A DNA stretch of 58,282 nucleotides, filler included, from Sphacelaria rigidula (taxonomy: Eukaryota), in NCBI GenBank assembly GCA_964200075.2. It is 5 parts of 5 records of this genome, joined end to end, with 100 filler letters (N's around TTAATTAATTAA, not from the genome) between each part and the next. Parts side by side here need not be neighbours in the genome. Positions count along the whole stretch, not along the records: positions 11,680 to 23,255 come from CAXNAA020004756.1; 4 more parts are not named here. One strand, given 5' to 3'. The notes under the pieces are model-generated. The model worked only from the letters and a program-made list of their open reading frames with translations. It did not search any database and was not told where the DNA came from. The translations under genes and the position numbers were made by a program. Shown in pieces: positions 11,751-23,355 of the stretch; the stretch's first letter is position 1, and each line of letters opens with the position of its first letter.

Positions 11751-13448
11751 ATATTAATATTTTCTTTGGATTTCTTTAGCGAGATTTTCCAATTGTTTGC
11801 CTCGGGTACTTACATATTGTGGCCACGGGTGAATTTGAAGGGTATCACTGCATGTGCGACAATCAACTAAATTAACAATCAATCGAGTAACCACGCTGCT
11901 TTTAAACTTGCTGCACGTCTGTTCGAAGTTTTGGGGATGACCACGTCTCGAAAGGGTATTCCTCATATCGCTCACTGGGTCACTTTTCAACCGCATTCCT
12001 TTCGCAAGAATTGACGCGGATCAAGTGCGTGAGGTGTAGGTACATACGAGACCTCCAGGGAGTGCAGGGGTCCAGCTGTACAGTAGAGGCTGTGAAATGT
12101 CCTCGCATATCTACCATAGCACGCACCCGTCTAAGTTCGATGCACATACTATCAAGTATAGGACTCACTTCAGGGCATGAGCAGTGACGGTCTAGGGAAA
12201 GGTCTTCAAGAGATGGGCTTGTAGCTTATAATATGTGTCTGCTCCGTTGTCCGAGTGTCGGGCTACAGTAGTTGTGTGCGACGAGGGTGCGCCTGAGAGC
12301 AACAACTGGAGTACGACACCCATACTTTACAGATGAAAAAGGACATACTGCACGCGGCAAACGTACTCCGAAACACCTCTTGCCCACAAGGCTGATATCG
12401 CCCGTGTCATCCACTCCATGCCTTGTGCGTATTTCCGACCCAAGGCGAGAACAATCTCGATACAGTACAAACATAACGCCGAGGATGTTTCACTCGATTA
12501 TCTACGCCACCAGCTTTTTTGTCACGCCAAAGACGAGAACCGCAGAATACCAGGGCTAGGATTAACCGCGGGGAAAAGGCATCGTGAGTTTCAGGAGATG
12601 GGGGATACCTGTTATTCAGAGGAAGTCCTCATGTCTGGGAAAGCCCTCTCACACCCGTTCCCACCACAGCGATCGCTTTCGCGTGTCCTATGCGTCTTCC
12701 CAGGGTCTCACTTACACTCGGGAACTGCTGTCATCTAAAACAAATGATAACTGCGCTTAGACGCCCTCGATCAGCTACAATAATCGCGGAAAGTGTCAGA
12801 CTCAAATCGCACTAAACAAAAGCCACGAAAGCGCTCACTAGTTGATGAGAAAGCTCGTTTTCATGGACCATTCTCATCCACCAGTGAACGCCATCCTACT
12901 GGATACTGAGAGACTCCTACATCATAGGCTAGTGGGTTGCTCAATCACTACGCAGTGTCCAAGTAGGCATCCGGCGCGAACCCTTTCACACAAGGTCGAT
13001 ACTACGCACGGTCACACATATGTTTTTTCCAAGAAAAGGATCAGGCGCCCTGACGTCATCCCAACGTTCACCAATGTAGGAAGAGAATGAAACAGATCTG
13101 GAACCATCAGAACCAAAAACGAACAAAAACCGCATGGACCATACCAAGACGAACTAAGTCAAACAGCACTAGAATGAACAAAATCGAAAACAAACCAGAT
13201 AATACGAAAAAACTACAACGAAACTATACCCTCCCTTTTCCCCCTCCCCCGCGCGCCCAATGGACAACAATAAACGTGACGAATAATGTGGCGAATCCCA
13301 TCACCTTCGCCAGGCGTCGTTCAGAAGCGCTCGCGGGGCGACGAGTCGTGGATCTGCCCGCCATTATAGCAGCAGTGGTCGAGAGGGGGGAGGAGGGGGG
13401 GCGGGGGGCGGTGGTAGTGGTAGCATCGGATACATTCGGACAGAAGGT

Positions 13449-16400
13449 ATGACTCACCGATCATCCGTCAACTATTCGCCGCGATGCGCTACTGACTGCA
13501 CCGGCTCGCCCCCAGAATCAACGACAACTAAACGAGAGAGTTCTGGGGCTGTGACGAACACTGCAATGCCTCCGTTGCAACCGTATCACGATCCCGTCGC
13601 AAAAGCAGCAAGGATTAGTACCGAAGCAGAATTGACAGGCGATGGCCAAGGCAACGTGATGGAAGTGGAGTTATTGTTGTCGGCATCAACGACAGCATCC
13701 GACCGCTCGGCTGGGGGCACCGACGTTGCGGATCTTTTCGGGACAGACCATGGGGGAGGGGATGCAACTCCCACGAATGTGGTGGTACCCTCACATATGC
13801 GGCGACAGTCATCATCATCGTCATTGCAGAACTACCGCGAAACATTCCCCGATGACAGCATGATATCGAATCACCCCCTCCATCAGGTGAACACCGGGAA
13901 GCTCGGTGGGGGGAGCAACAGAAGCGCGGGCCATTGTAATGGCGGAAAGAGGGCCGTGCCCCTTCTCCCCCTTGCAGGTCTACCGCATTCCGGCCACGCC
14001 ACGTCTGGTACGGTCGGACCCAAACATGTTTCGAAACTCCAACCTCGCGCGGACAGAGGCACCAGGGCACACGATATTGGCGCTGGTTGGAAATGTCAAT
14101 CACGAGAAAGCAGTAATCACAACGTCTACCCGACAATGCCTTCACTTCTGGTTCGCTTGGCGAGTGCGACAACGCCGGAGATTTTTTCTACTGAGCGCCT
14201 TCTCGACGTCGTTCCCAACGCAAAGCTCGTGCTATCGTTACTGCCAATGGGGTCGCTGTTGACAGAAGAGCTCAACGACCTTGATGTGGATGCTGCCCTT
14301 ACCACTGTTTTACAGGCGCTCGCATCCATGGATACCCTGTCTTGGGTTAGAGAGTATACAGCGACGGGATCTACTACCTGTGAGTCGCGTGTGCCTCATG
14401 TACCGGTGGGACAGGCACGGACTCAAGAACGTCGTTGGGACAACGCCGTAGATCTCGTAGATCCTTCCTCTCGACTAGACAAGAAGAAGGTACCAGGTTG
14501 CTTTACAGAGCCACTACTCAAACACCGGGCAGTGGACGCTGACGACCGCGTTGAAATAATATCGGACACCGGAGACTTACTTTCCCAACAAGAGCTAGAC
14601 GGCGTAAGTATCACTCTACTCCTACGGTGCACACGAGGGTGCATTGCTTCGGGACGACACAGGTGCAGGTGGTTACCGGCGGGCGTATCGTCGTCTTGTC
14701 ACTCACAACGATTTGGTCGCGACGTCAGAATCCCGGAGGGGCAACTGGGGTCGTGCCGTCACCGAGATTGGGTTTCAGCAATATCTCGATTAGCGTTGGA
14801 GCGAACCTGGCTGACACGCGTGCTGCTCCGCAGGGTTTCGACAGGGTTCTGCCTAGACGATTATCTTCGGTCGTCCTCTTCATTTTTACCCGCAACCACG
14901 TTTCTGCGAATTGCGACGTTCTCCAGAGAATGTATTGACATGTTTCTGTTCGACTCGTGCAGATCCTCCCATAAATTGGATTTCCATGAACCCAGCGGAA
15001 CCGAGAATGAGTATTGCCGTGCGAGAAACGAATGCACCGGGATGATTCAGCGTAATCACGGGCTGAAGGTAAAACCGGGTTCTCCACTCCTCGCGGCACC
15101 CTCGATAGTCAACCTAGTGGCGTTGATGACTGGTATTGTGCGATTTTCGATGGCGTGGGGAGAGGATCTGGCGTGGGCGGCGTCAACCTGCAGAGCGATG
15201 GCTCTTCCGGATTCTGCCGGGAACGTCGGTATTATTGGTGTTCTCGTCGAACTACTAGACGCATTGATGACTATGCTAACCGTGGACAACAAATGCGATC
15301 GCGCTACTGCTGAAGAGGTAGTGCCCCCGGCCGAGCAAGGCGAAGAGGCGACGGTAAACGTTGGTGGGCGAAACAAGAGCAGCTGTCAGAGATCTCATCG
15401 TCGTGCAGCAACTGCAGCAATGCCGACCGGAACACGAGCACTCGCTCAGAACATTTACGGTGGTGTTGCTGAACTGGAAGAGCTTACTTGTCAACTTCTC
15501 CACAGCATGCAAGCGGTCCTTCGCAGGAGCGCTATTCTGCTAAGTACCTCGCGAACCGGAACTTGTGTCTCTGTTATCAATGGTGTGGGGTCGTCAACAA
15601 GAAACTCCGAAAACAACCCGACTTTCTCTGTCGATGGCAACTCGAAAACAGCAAAAGAAGGCGGAACCGATCAAAGCGCATGTGAGCAGAAGATTCAGCG
15701 ACTCAAGGATGCACTCACCACCGTTGTGCCAGAAAAGGAGCGAGTACCTATTGCAGTCGTACAAGAGACAGTGTCCCAGGTGCTCAGGGCAGTTTCACCT
15801 TTATTCGAACCCGGCGGGTGCGTTTCTGCGCTTCTTGACTCCCAAATTTTGCCGGAAGCATTCACTGATGAAAGCTGCAGTCACGGCTCCAGTCCGTTCT
15901 GGCAAGACAAGAAAACTTCCCGGTGTACCACCAAAGAAAAGACGGATATTGCACCAGTGGTGTTGGTTGGCACCTTGCATCTAGCCACAATATTTTTCTC
16001 ACTTTGTAGCGAATGCAGGTACGACTGCGGGTTCCTACGCCTGGAAGGGTTCGCTAGCCGTCTTTTCCTCGGGTTTTCGACTTACTTGGGAAACAGAGCC
16101 GGCAGCGTGGATCCTGAAAGCAAGCATATAAATCCGAAGGTGATGAAGTACTTTCGTTGGGAATGCCGTAGAGCCGGACGTCTTCCTGGCGGTGTGTCAT
16201 AAACGCTAGGAGGAAAGCGTCGAACCTTCTACCTTTCACAATTGCAGCGCACAATATTATGGTTTCGTACCCCGATATCGTTTTGGCAGTTGCCGGGTAT
16301 CCGAGCACAGGTAACAGAGGCAGCTTCGAGGGTACTTATTATGTATATCTTCTCGTTTTCGATTTCCTGTCTTCTTACGCTTCGTGTTTTTCCAACTCTC

Positions 16401-19400
16401 CCCACCATCCCCGTTTTCGTGCAAACTTCTAAGGTGGAAAAATCAAAGGAAATACTTGAACCAACACCGAGAAAACGGGAAGGACTCGGCCTATTTTCTC
16501 TCAAGATGGAGGAAGAGCACAAGGATACAGGACTCATGTGCAGCCTATACCTCGATGCACTGGGGAGACTTGTCGCCATTCCAGACCCCGCTGTTCGGGA
16601 AGCCATGCATGAGCTACACGTTGAACGAACACTCCTAACGAAGGTTCTCCGCCCGCCGACCGCTATCACTAACTCGACGCAGACCGCCGCTGCCCCCGCC
16701 CCCGCCATGGCCTGCGGGGAGGAATTGACCAGCACGTCTACGTTCATGTGCGCGAAGGGGGGTACAGAGGAACAGCGGTGCACAACAAGCGGCGTTCCTG
16801 CTGCTGTCTCAAGCATAACTTTGCCGTCATCGAACCCTCCCTCTATCCGATCCCCGGGTGTAGCCCCTACAACACTCGACGGCGCGACGACAGCAGTACA
16901 CCGCGATATCCTGGGAATGGTTGGAAGTCGAGGTAGCGAGAGGACGTGCAATGATAATACAACAATGGCCATCGAGGGGGGCGCGGTCTGTACGAGCGAT
17001 GGAAAAGAAATGATTATTTGCGCACCGGGCGATAGAATCGACGGATTGTTCGCTGTGAGGCCGGGAGGTCGCCCGCGGTGGTTTCCCGGTCGCGTGGTTG
17101 AGGTGCACCAGGATGGCACGGTGGATGTTTGCTATGATGACGGTGATGAGGAAAGATATAAAGATCCCGAGAAGGTTCGCCCGCAAAGAAAGAGAGCGCA
17201 GGCAATACGGCAGGGAGCAGTGGCGATAGGTGCGAGAGGTGCGAAAGGAGAGACAACCTCGGCAGAAATGCCGGGATCCGGCGGTGTTGAAGATGCGTTG
17301 GTGGGGGGATATTCAGCGATGAACGAAAGGGTATCTGGAAGCGCCACCTTCGCCGGGCAAAGCTCGGAGCATAATAGCCGAGGGTGCGTGCCTTTCTCCA
17401 AAGTTGTCGATAACCACAGACGTACAATTCACGGATGCGACACGTCTGAGAGGATTCGCGGCTTGTCATGGTCACACAATTGTGGCGGGCTGACTACCGT
17501 TAGCACCGACAGTAGTTTGAACCAGAATGGGAGCGGGTATACCGCGGGAGATGGTTCCAGTGGTGGCAGTAGTGACGATGGCGGCGACGGAAATGACAGT
17601 AATGAAGAAGAATGTAAGTACTTCGTTATTCAGAGCGTCCTTATCGACAGCGAACCCGCCGGCGTCCATAGTCAGCCTCGAGTGCGCCCAACGTCCACCA
17701 TCCCGCGCATAGACTTGGACTCTCCATTTCTAAGAACCAGTGCAATACGCTCGTCACAGCTGGGCCCGGGGTCTTCTCTCTCAACTCCGACAACAGGCGG
17801 AGGTTGTGGTATATTTTGGGGGTCCGCTGGATCGCGGATGGAGGCGGTGTCGTCAACTGCGGCCGCGAACGGCGTAATGTTGCCACCTCGTCAGTCACCG
17901 TCCTTCTTGGTGGACTGTTCCTCGGCTCGTTCGCCATTGGACATCTCTCGCCATCAATGGTCTGGCATCGGTGGTGCTGGTGCTGGTGGCGCTCGCGCGG
18001 CATCAACGTTGCTTTCGTCGCCAAGAAGTAATAGTGGCATCAACGATAGAAGAAAGAGCACACGAATGACGGACCTGAGGAAAAACGACCCTGGCGTGCC
18101 AGCAGTAACGTCAGGCACGAGAGGTGGGCAGGGTGGATCAGAGAATCCTCAGGGAGCCACCACACCGTTGCTGAAAGACAAACAAAACGAGGTTCAAAGG
18201 GCCACCACGAGAAAGAGAGCTAGCGGAGTGGCCGCGGCGCTATTTGCCGAAAGCAGCAGTTCAGGAACCAACAGCCCGCTGCAAAGCACAAACGATGAGC
18301 TCCCTTCCTCTATCTTTGCCTTGCGTAATGGCGTGGACATGCAGGAATCTGCCGTAACTCTCCTTTTGCATCTGATGTCCACGATCAGTGAGGGTCTTAC
18401 CAGAGGCGCTCCCGGCGGCGAAATGCCTGGTACACGCGTGTATCCCACATTCAGTGCTATGACGGAACCGGGGGCTATATTCGATCTCGAGATTGATGGA
18501 ATATATTCCTTGCAGCGCCTCTTTGATGACCCGCAGAATGCGCACCTGATTCCTGGCGTTATGACGAGATGGCGTCGTGATTCAGAAAAAGAAGCACCAG
18601 CAACACCAGAAGCAGCATCTGAAGCTACAACGACGGAAAAGTCAGCAATTTTGGCGAAACTTTCATGCGTGTCTCTGTTCGATGGAGATAGCTACAATTT
18701 AAACGGACGGCATATCGAAGGCGGGACGTTCGGCGACGTTCTCGTGTCGAGAAGCCCATTGCGCATACAAGCACCCACGACGTCAGCAACACCAACAATC
18801 ACAACGAGCAAGAGATCCTGCCCAACAATCGAACGGGTTGCACCCCAGAAAAATCAAACAATCGAGGGGATAGATGACGATATCAGCGAGGTGGCACTGA
18901 AGGTGGTAGAACGTGACCCGCTCGATCATAGCATCGGCTCAAGTGTCTACCGTGAGATCCTGGCTCTTCGAGCTCTGTCGGGTGTAGTCGGGATATGTAA
19001 GCTTCATGACTTCGGCCTTACGCCAACGTCGTATGTTCTAGTTATGGATAAGTGCGTTTGCAGTTTAAAACGGTGGATGTTAGGGCGACGGGGAGCACGC
19101 AGCACTACTGATGGAAGTATAGTGAGGGACGACACTATGGTGACGATCGACGCCCCGAGCTCCGACGAAGAGGTCATTCTCCATCTTTCAATATTTCGAC
19201 AGATAGCGTCTGCAGCTGCCGGCATGGCTTCGCGAGGCGTGACTCACTTCGATCTCAAGTGTGACAATGTGCTTGTTCGCGACACGGGCTACTCGTATGC
19301 TATCCCAGAGCGGGAGGTGGGGGAGAAGAGGGATCACCTCAGTCCCTTGCGTGCACTCCCTCATGATATAATGAACCGTATGCGCGTACCGGTAGTCTGT

Positions 19401-21173
19401 GTGGCCGATTTCGGGGAAGCGGTAGTAGGTCGCCTGAAATCATGTCTTGTTTCCACTTGCCAACGACGGCCATGCAACGACAACAGCCACCGACAGTTCG
19501 AATTTGACGTGCAGCGTCCGAGAGGAACCGAGCGCGTCCAAAGTCCTGAGATGCTCCTCTGGGCTGGCGGCCGGGGTAGTTCATCTAGCACTGATGATTC
19601 CAGCCGCGGAGTCGGAGGTGCTGCGGACGACCGGTGGCGGAGGAGGCAGACAAGATTTCAGCGGCGGTTGGGTGCAACCATCAACACAGCTGCAGACGTG
19701 TGGTCCCTGGGATGTTTGCTGTACGAGATATTGTCGGGGCGTTTCTTGTTCGGCTCTTACCTTTGGTCGGAGTTTTTCGTTACTCTGACTGCCGGCGAAT
19801 ATTTCGAAACAGGCGACAAATTACGTGGAATATCGCATGACGAACCTCGGGAAGAGATGAATGATGTCGGAGGAGAACGCCGAAGTAGCGCAGGCGAGAG
19901 CAAGAAGTCGAGGAAGTCGCAGCCGGAAATGGCCCTGCCACCACCCTCGCAGTTAGAGCCATTCGCTGGCCTTGATAGTGCCGAAACCCTCAGGAAGCTC
20001 ATGGGATTCATGCTGGTCCGCGATCCCTCCCGCCGCCCCAGCGCGTCGAGCGTTGTTGTTGAAACAGAAAAAGCGCTTGTGACAGTAATTGACGCACTTC
20101 CTTTATCAAGAACACTTGCTCGGTTATCGACAAGCAGCGGAACAACCAAGATAGCGGTGGAAACGATGGTGGAAAAAGGGAAAATCGGACTTGTGAAAGT
20201 TGATCAGCAGCGGAATGATTCTCTCCGAGATTCCGGGATCGGCACAACTTTCGAATGGCCAATACAGCCGTGCCGGGCGGTGGGAATATACCGCGAAGTA
20301 GCCGTCGAACAGTCAACTCTCCTTGGTTGCAAGGGGTACGTGAGTCGGTTAGCAACCGGGGCTTTCCTGCTCACTCTCATTGCTCGAGAAAAATGTTTTT
20401 CTGATTTTGTGGGTAGACGCACGGAAGCCAGTAGTGGCGAAAGTAAAAGGGGAGACAAAACGGAAGGGGGAAGGGAGGTGGGGTGTCGTGATGAGCATGG
20501 TAGTAAAAGCAGAAACGTGGAGGAATGCACGTATAGAGACTTGCATTTAATTGGACCAAAAACGCTAGTCTGTACAGTGGGGAACATGTTGGCGTGGCGG
20601 TGCGAAGGAATAGAACATGAGGTAGTGACGCTCGAAGACTTACTTCCGACTGTGGGTATCACGCACGTGGTGTGTGTGATGACGGAGTCGGAGGATCGCG
20701 GCTTGAGAGAGAGAGCCGATGAAGGCTGCGGGGGGGGGCAACAGAACGGGCCGCCGCCGGCGAGGCGACGCCGAACTACCGAGCTGCGCAAGACGGCGGA
20801 AGGGAGTAAGTATGAAGGGGCGTCTCGAGTAATGAATGTATTTTTGCCTGATGGCAATGGTTGCGATGGCTGCAACGACGATGACAAGGTCCACGGCGAC
20901 GACGGCAACAACGGCGCTTCAAAGTCCAGTATCCGTGATGAAACCGCTGTGGTGCGGGGTATAGAAAGAGATGTGCAGGCATTTGCAACTGGGTCAAGGG
21001 TGCTATTTGTCGGCCTGGAGGGGCATAATGGCGGGGCCGCAGGCGCAGTGGCAATGGCCTGGGCCATGGGTCGCACGGGAAAGGGAATCCTTGAAACAAT
21101 GTTTAACTTCAGGCAGTCTTGTTGTGGCTTTTGGGTTGAGCCGTCGCGGTTACGGGCTTTTTCAGGCTTGTGA
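13449..21173 (+). CDS. large Ser/Thr protein kinase with Tudor-like domain and C-terminal DSP-like region; proposed exons 13449-16139, optional 16290-16310, 16434-21173
   Basis: Two long ORFs (917 and 1643 aa) joinable by phase-0 GT-AG introns. Kinase motifs EGGTFG, VALK, HFDLKCDNVL, DFG, GTERVQSPEM, DVWSLGCLLYEILSG. Tudor-like PGDRIDG...WFPGRV...VCYDDGDEE at 17022-17183. The kinase call is firm; the join and start codon are inferred. Confidence 0.85.
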
Positions 21174-21302
21174 GAAGCACCGCATTGAAGCAATAGCGGG
21201 AGAGATGGAGAGAAGTGCAGGAGCAACAAGCGTGCGATCGACTTATTTGCATTTATTTGCCGTGAGAGAACGGAAACGCGCGCACGCACGATTCGCGCTT
21301 AT

Positions 21303-21747
21303 AACACGGGATCTTACAAATTGGGGATGGATCATTCATTGGGGATGAAAAACTTGGAGGATTAAAATCTTCGTATCCGCACCAAATATTCGAAATATGG
21401 TTCGATTTCTTCACCTACTGATAGCTGTTGACAACTGCTACACGCCATAGAAATTTGGATTTCGATCATCGAAATGTTGGGGTCCTAGGTGAAAAAACAG
21501 TTTCGTGGAATTCCGGGTGTCCCAGCGGACGCCAAAATGGTTCCGAAATTATTTTCTTCACCTAGGACCCCAACATTTCGGTGATCGAAATCCAATTTTC
21601 TATGGCGTGGAGCAGTTGTCAATAGCTATCAGTAGGTGAAGAAAAGGAACCATATTTCGAATATTTGGTGCGGATATGAAGATTTTAATCCTCCGGGTTT
21701 CTCATCCCCAATAAAAGATCCATCCCCAATTTGTAAGATCCCGTGTT
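21303..21747. mobile_element. foldback/MITE element with about 195-bp inverted arms
   Basis: AACACGGGATCTTACAAATTGGGGATGGATC... and ...GATCCATCCCCAATTTGTAAGATCCCGTGTT; a related partial end lies at 58229-58282. Confidence 0.9.
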
Positions 21748-22583
21748 TGATACTGACATTTTCCTCGGAACGATGGGTATAGCGTACGTGAAAAGCAAGT
21801 TATCCGTGTAAGCGACAGGCCCCCCACCACTCAAGTTGGCCCAGGTCAACCTTTGAGCTCAAAAGTAACCTGTTTCTTCGAACCAGATGTCACGATGTGA
21901 ACCTGTAACCCATCGTTCGGACTAGTTCGCCCCTTTCGTCCAATATTCTCATACAGCCAATAAGTTGCCAAACACTGTCACCCGCCCAGTGGTATTTTAT
22001 TTTCCAGTTCTGATCGATTACCTCAAGTAGATGCTACAGGCTGGCCACAGCCTTGAGCACACTTGGCGCATGTAGCATTTCTAAATGGTGCGTGCTCGAA
22101 CCGCTACTCGTACATGTACCCGACCGAACGCGGTTTTAGGGTAGCGTATGTTTTGTTTAGGCGCCCTGGATTGAGAATACTGAATACTCCAGGGTACGGA
22201 ACGTATCCACTGTCGAGGATACTCAGTTTGCAGGGTAGCCGGTGTGTCAGTTGCCGAAAGTACTCCGTACAGTTGCGGCCCGGAGATAAGAAACGTCAAT
22301 TTGGGGGTTGAGGCTCAAAGTCTTATCTCGGGCACGAACACCAGCACAACAAGTTGTGTTTTTTCTTACATTGAGTTTTCTTATATTTCTGGCCGACCGG
22401 ATCCTGTTGATTTCCTTAAATTGTCGTTTTCTTATATCCTCGATGTACTGCCTCCGCCACCTCCTCCCTGCACGCAAATTACCCAACGAAAAATATCCCC
22501 ACAGGTCTACAGTGTCTAGAATGAAACAGCCGTAAATCAAGAACGTATGCCGCTTCCACAAAAAGTACAGTTTAGCAGGGGGG

Positions 22584-22651
22584 TGGCGTACTCATTTGTT
22601 GCTTGCCTTAGTCGTGTGACCATTGACCACGCATCCCTTTCGAGACGGAGC
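22584..22651 (-). mobile_element. short oligo(C)-ended element, family B, with 16-bp target-site duplication
   Basis: Flanked by CAGTTTAGCAGGGGGG at 22568-22583 and 22652-22667; homologous copies at 39470-39546 and 57461-57541. Confidence 0.85.
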
Positions 22652-23255
22652 CAGTTTAGCAGGGGGGGGGGGAGGGTCTAGATATAGAAGGTACGTTTCT
22701 TAGTTGGGAAGGGGCTCCCCAGTCACCTAGTTTTTTATTTGTTATGCCTATTTGAGGTATGTATCCGCGCTGTTTCTTATTTTCATGTTTCTTGTCTTGT
22801 TGCCCAGTTTGAGGTGTGTCTTTTAGTCCATTTTTGCTATTTTCCGTGAAAGGCACAGCCTCATTTTCTTCACGATTTTTTTCTTAATTGCGGGCTCAGC
22901 TGTATTTCATTGTACTCTACCTGGGGTACCGGCAACCGAAATTACTCCGTATTCCAGAGATTTTCTGGTATCGACACCCCGGAAGATCCTACGTTGGACC
23001 CTACCCTACCCCCAGCACCATCAGAGTCTCGACACAACAAACGAATCCACAGTCCCTCTGACGACAAGGATACTCCGGATAGATGGTGCTTCAATACAGG
23101 CTGGTTCAGGCTCATCACCCAAAAAACACTCATCGGCAAAACCTCACGCCGTTTGAAGGAGTTAGACCCTAAAATTTTGTACAGATAACAACAAATTGTG
23201 CGAATTGAGGTGTAACTTCGAGATGAGGCTCAAGCCTAAAACAGTGCTTCCCCCA

Positions 23256-23355
23256 NNNNNNNNNNNNNNNNNNNNNNNNNNNNNNNNNNNNNNNNNNNNT
23301 TAATTAATTAANNNNNNNNNNNNNNNNNNNNNNNNNNNNNNNNNNNNNNNNNNNN
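23256..23355. other. artificial contig linker 2
   Basis: Identical 100-nt linker. Confidence 0.99.

Noticed and set aside
20204-21289. 361-aa and 296-aa (16229-17119) antisense ORFs
   Set aside because: Shadow ORFs of the GC-rich kinase CDS with no motifs.
27-23255. 23-kb element bounded by inverted repeats 27-100 and 23182-23255 capturing the kinase
   Set aside because: The two copies are on different contigs separated by an artificial linker.
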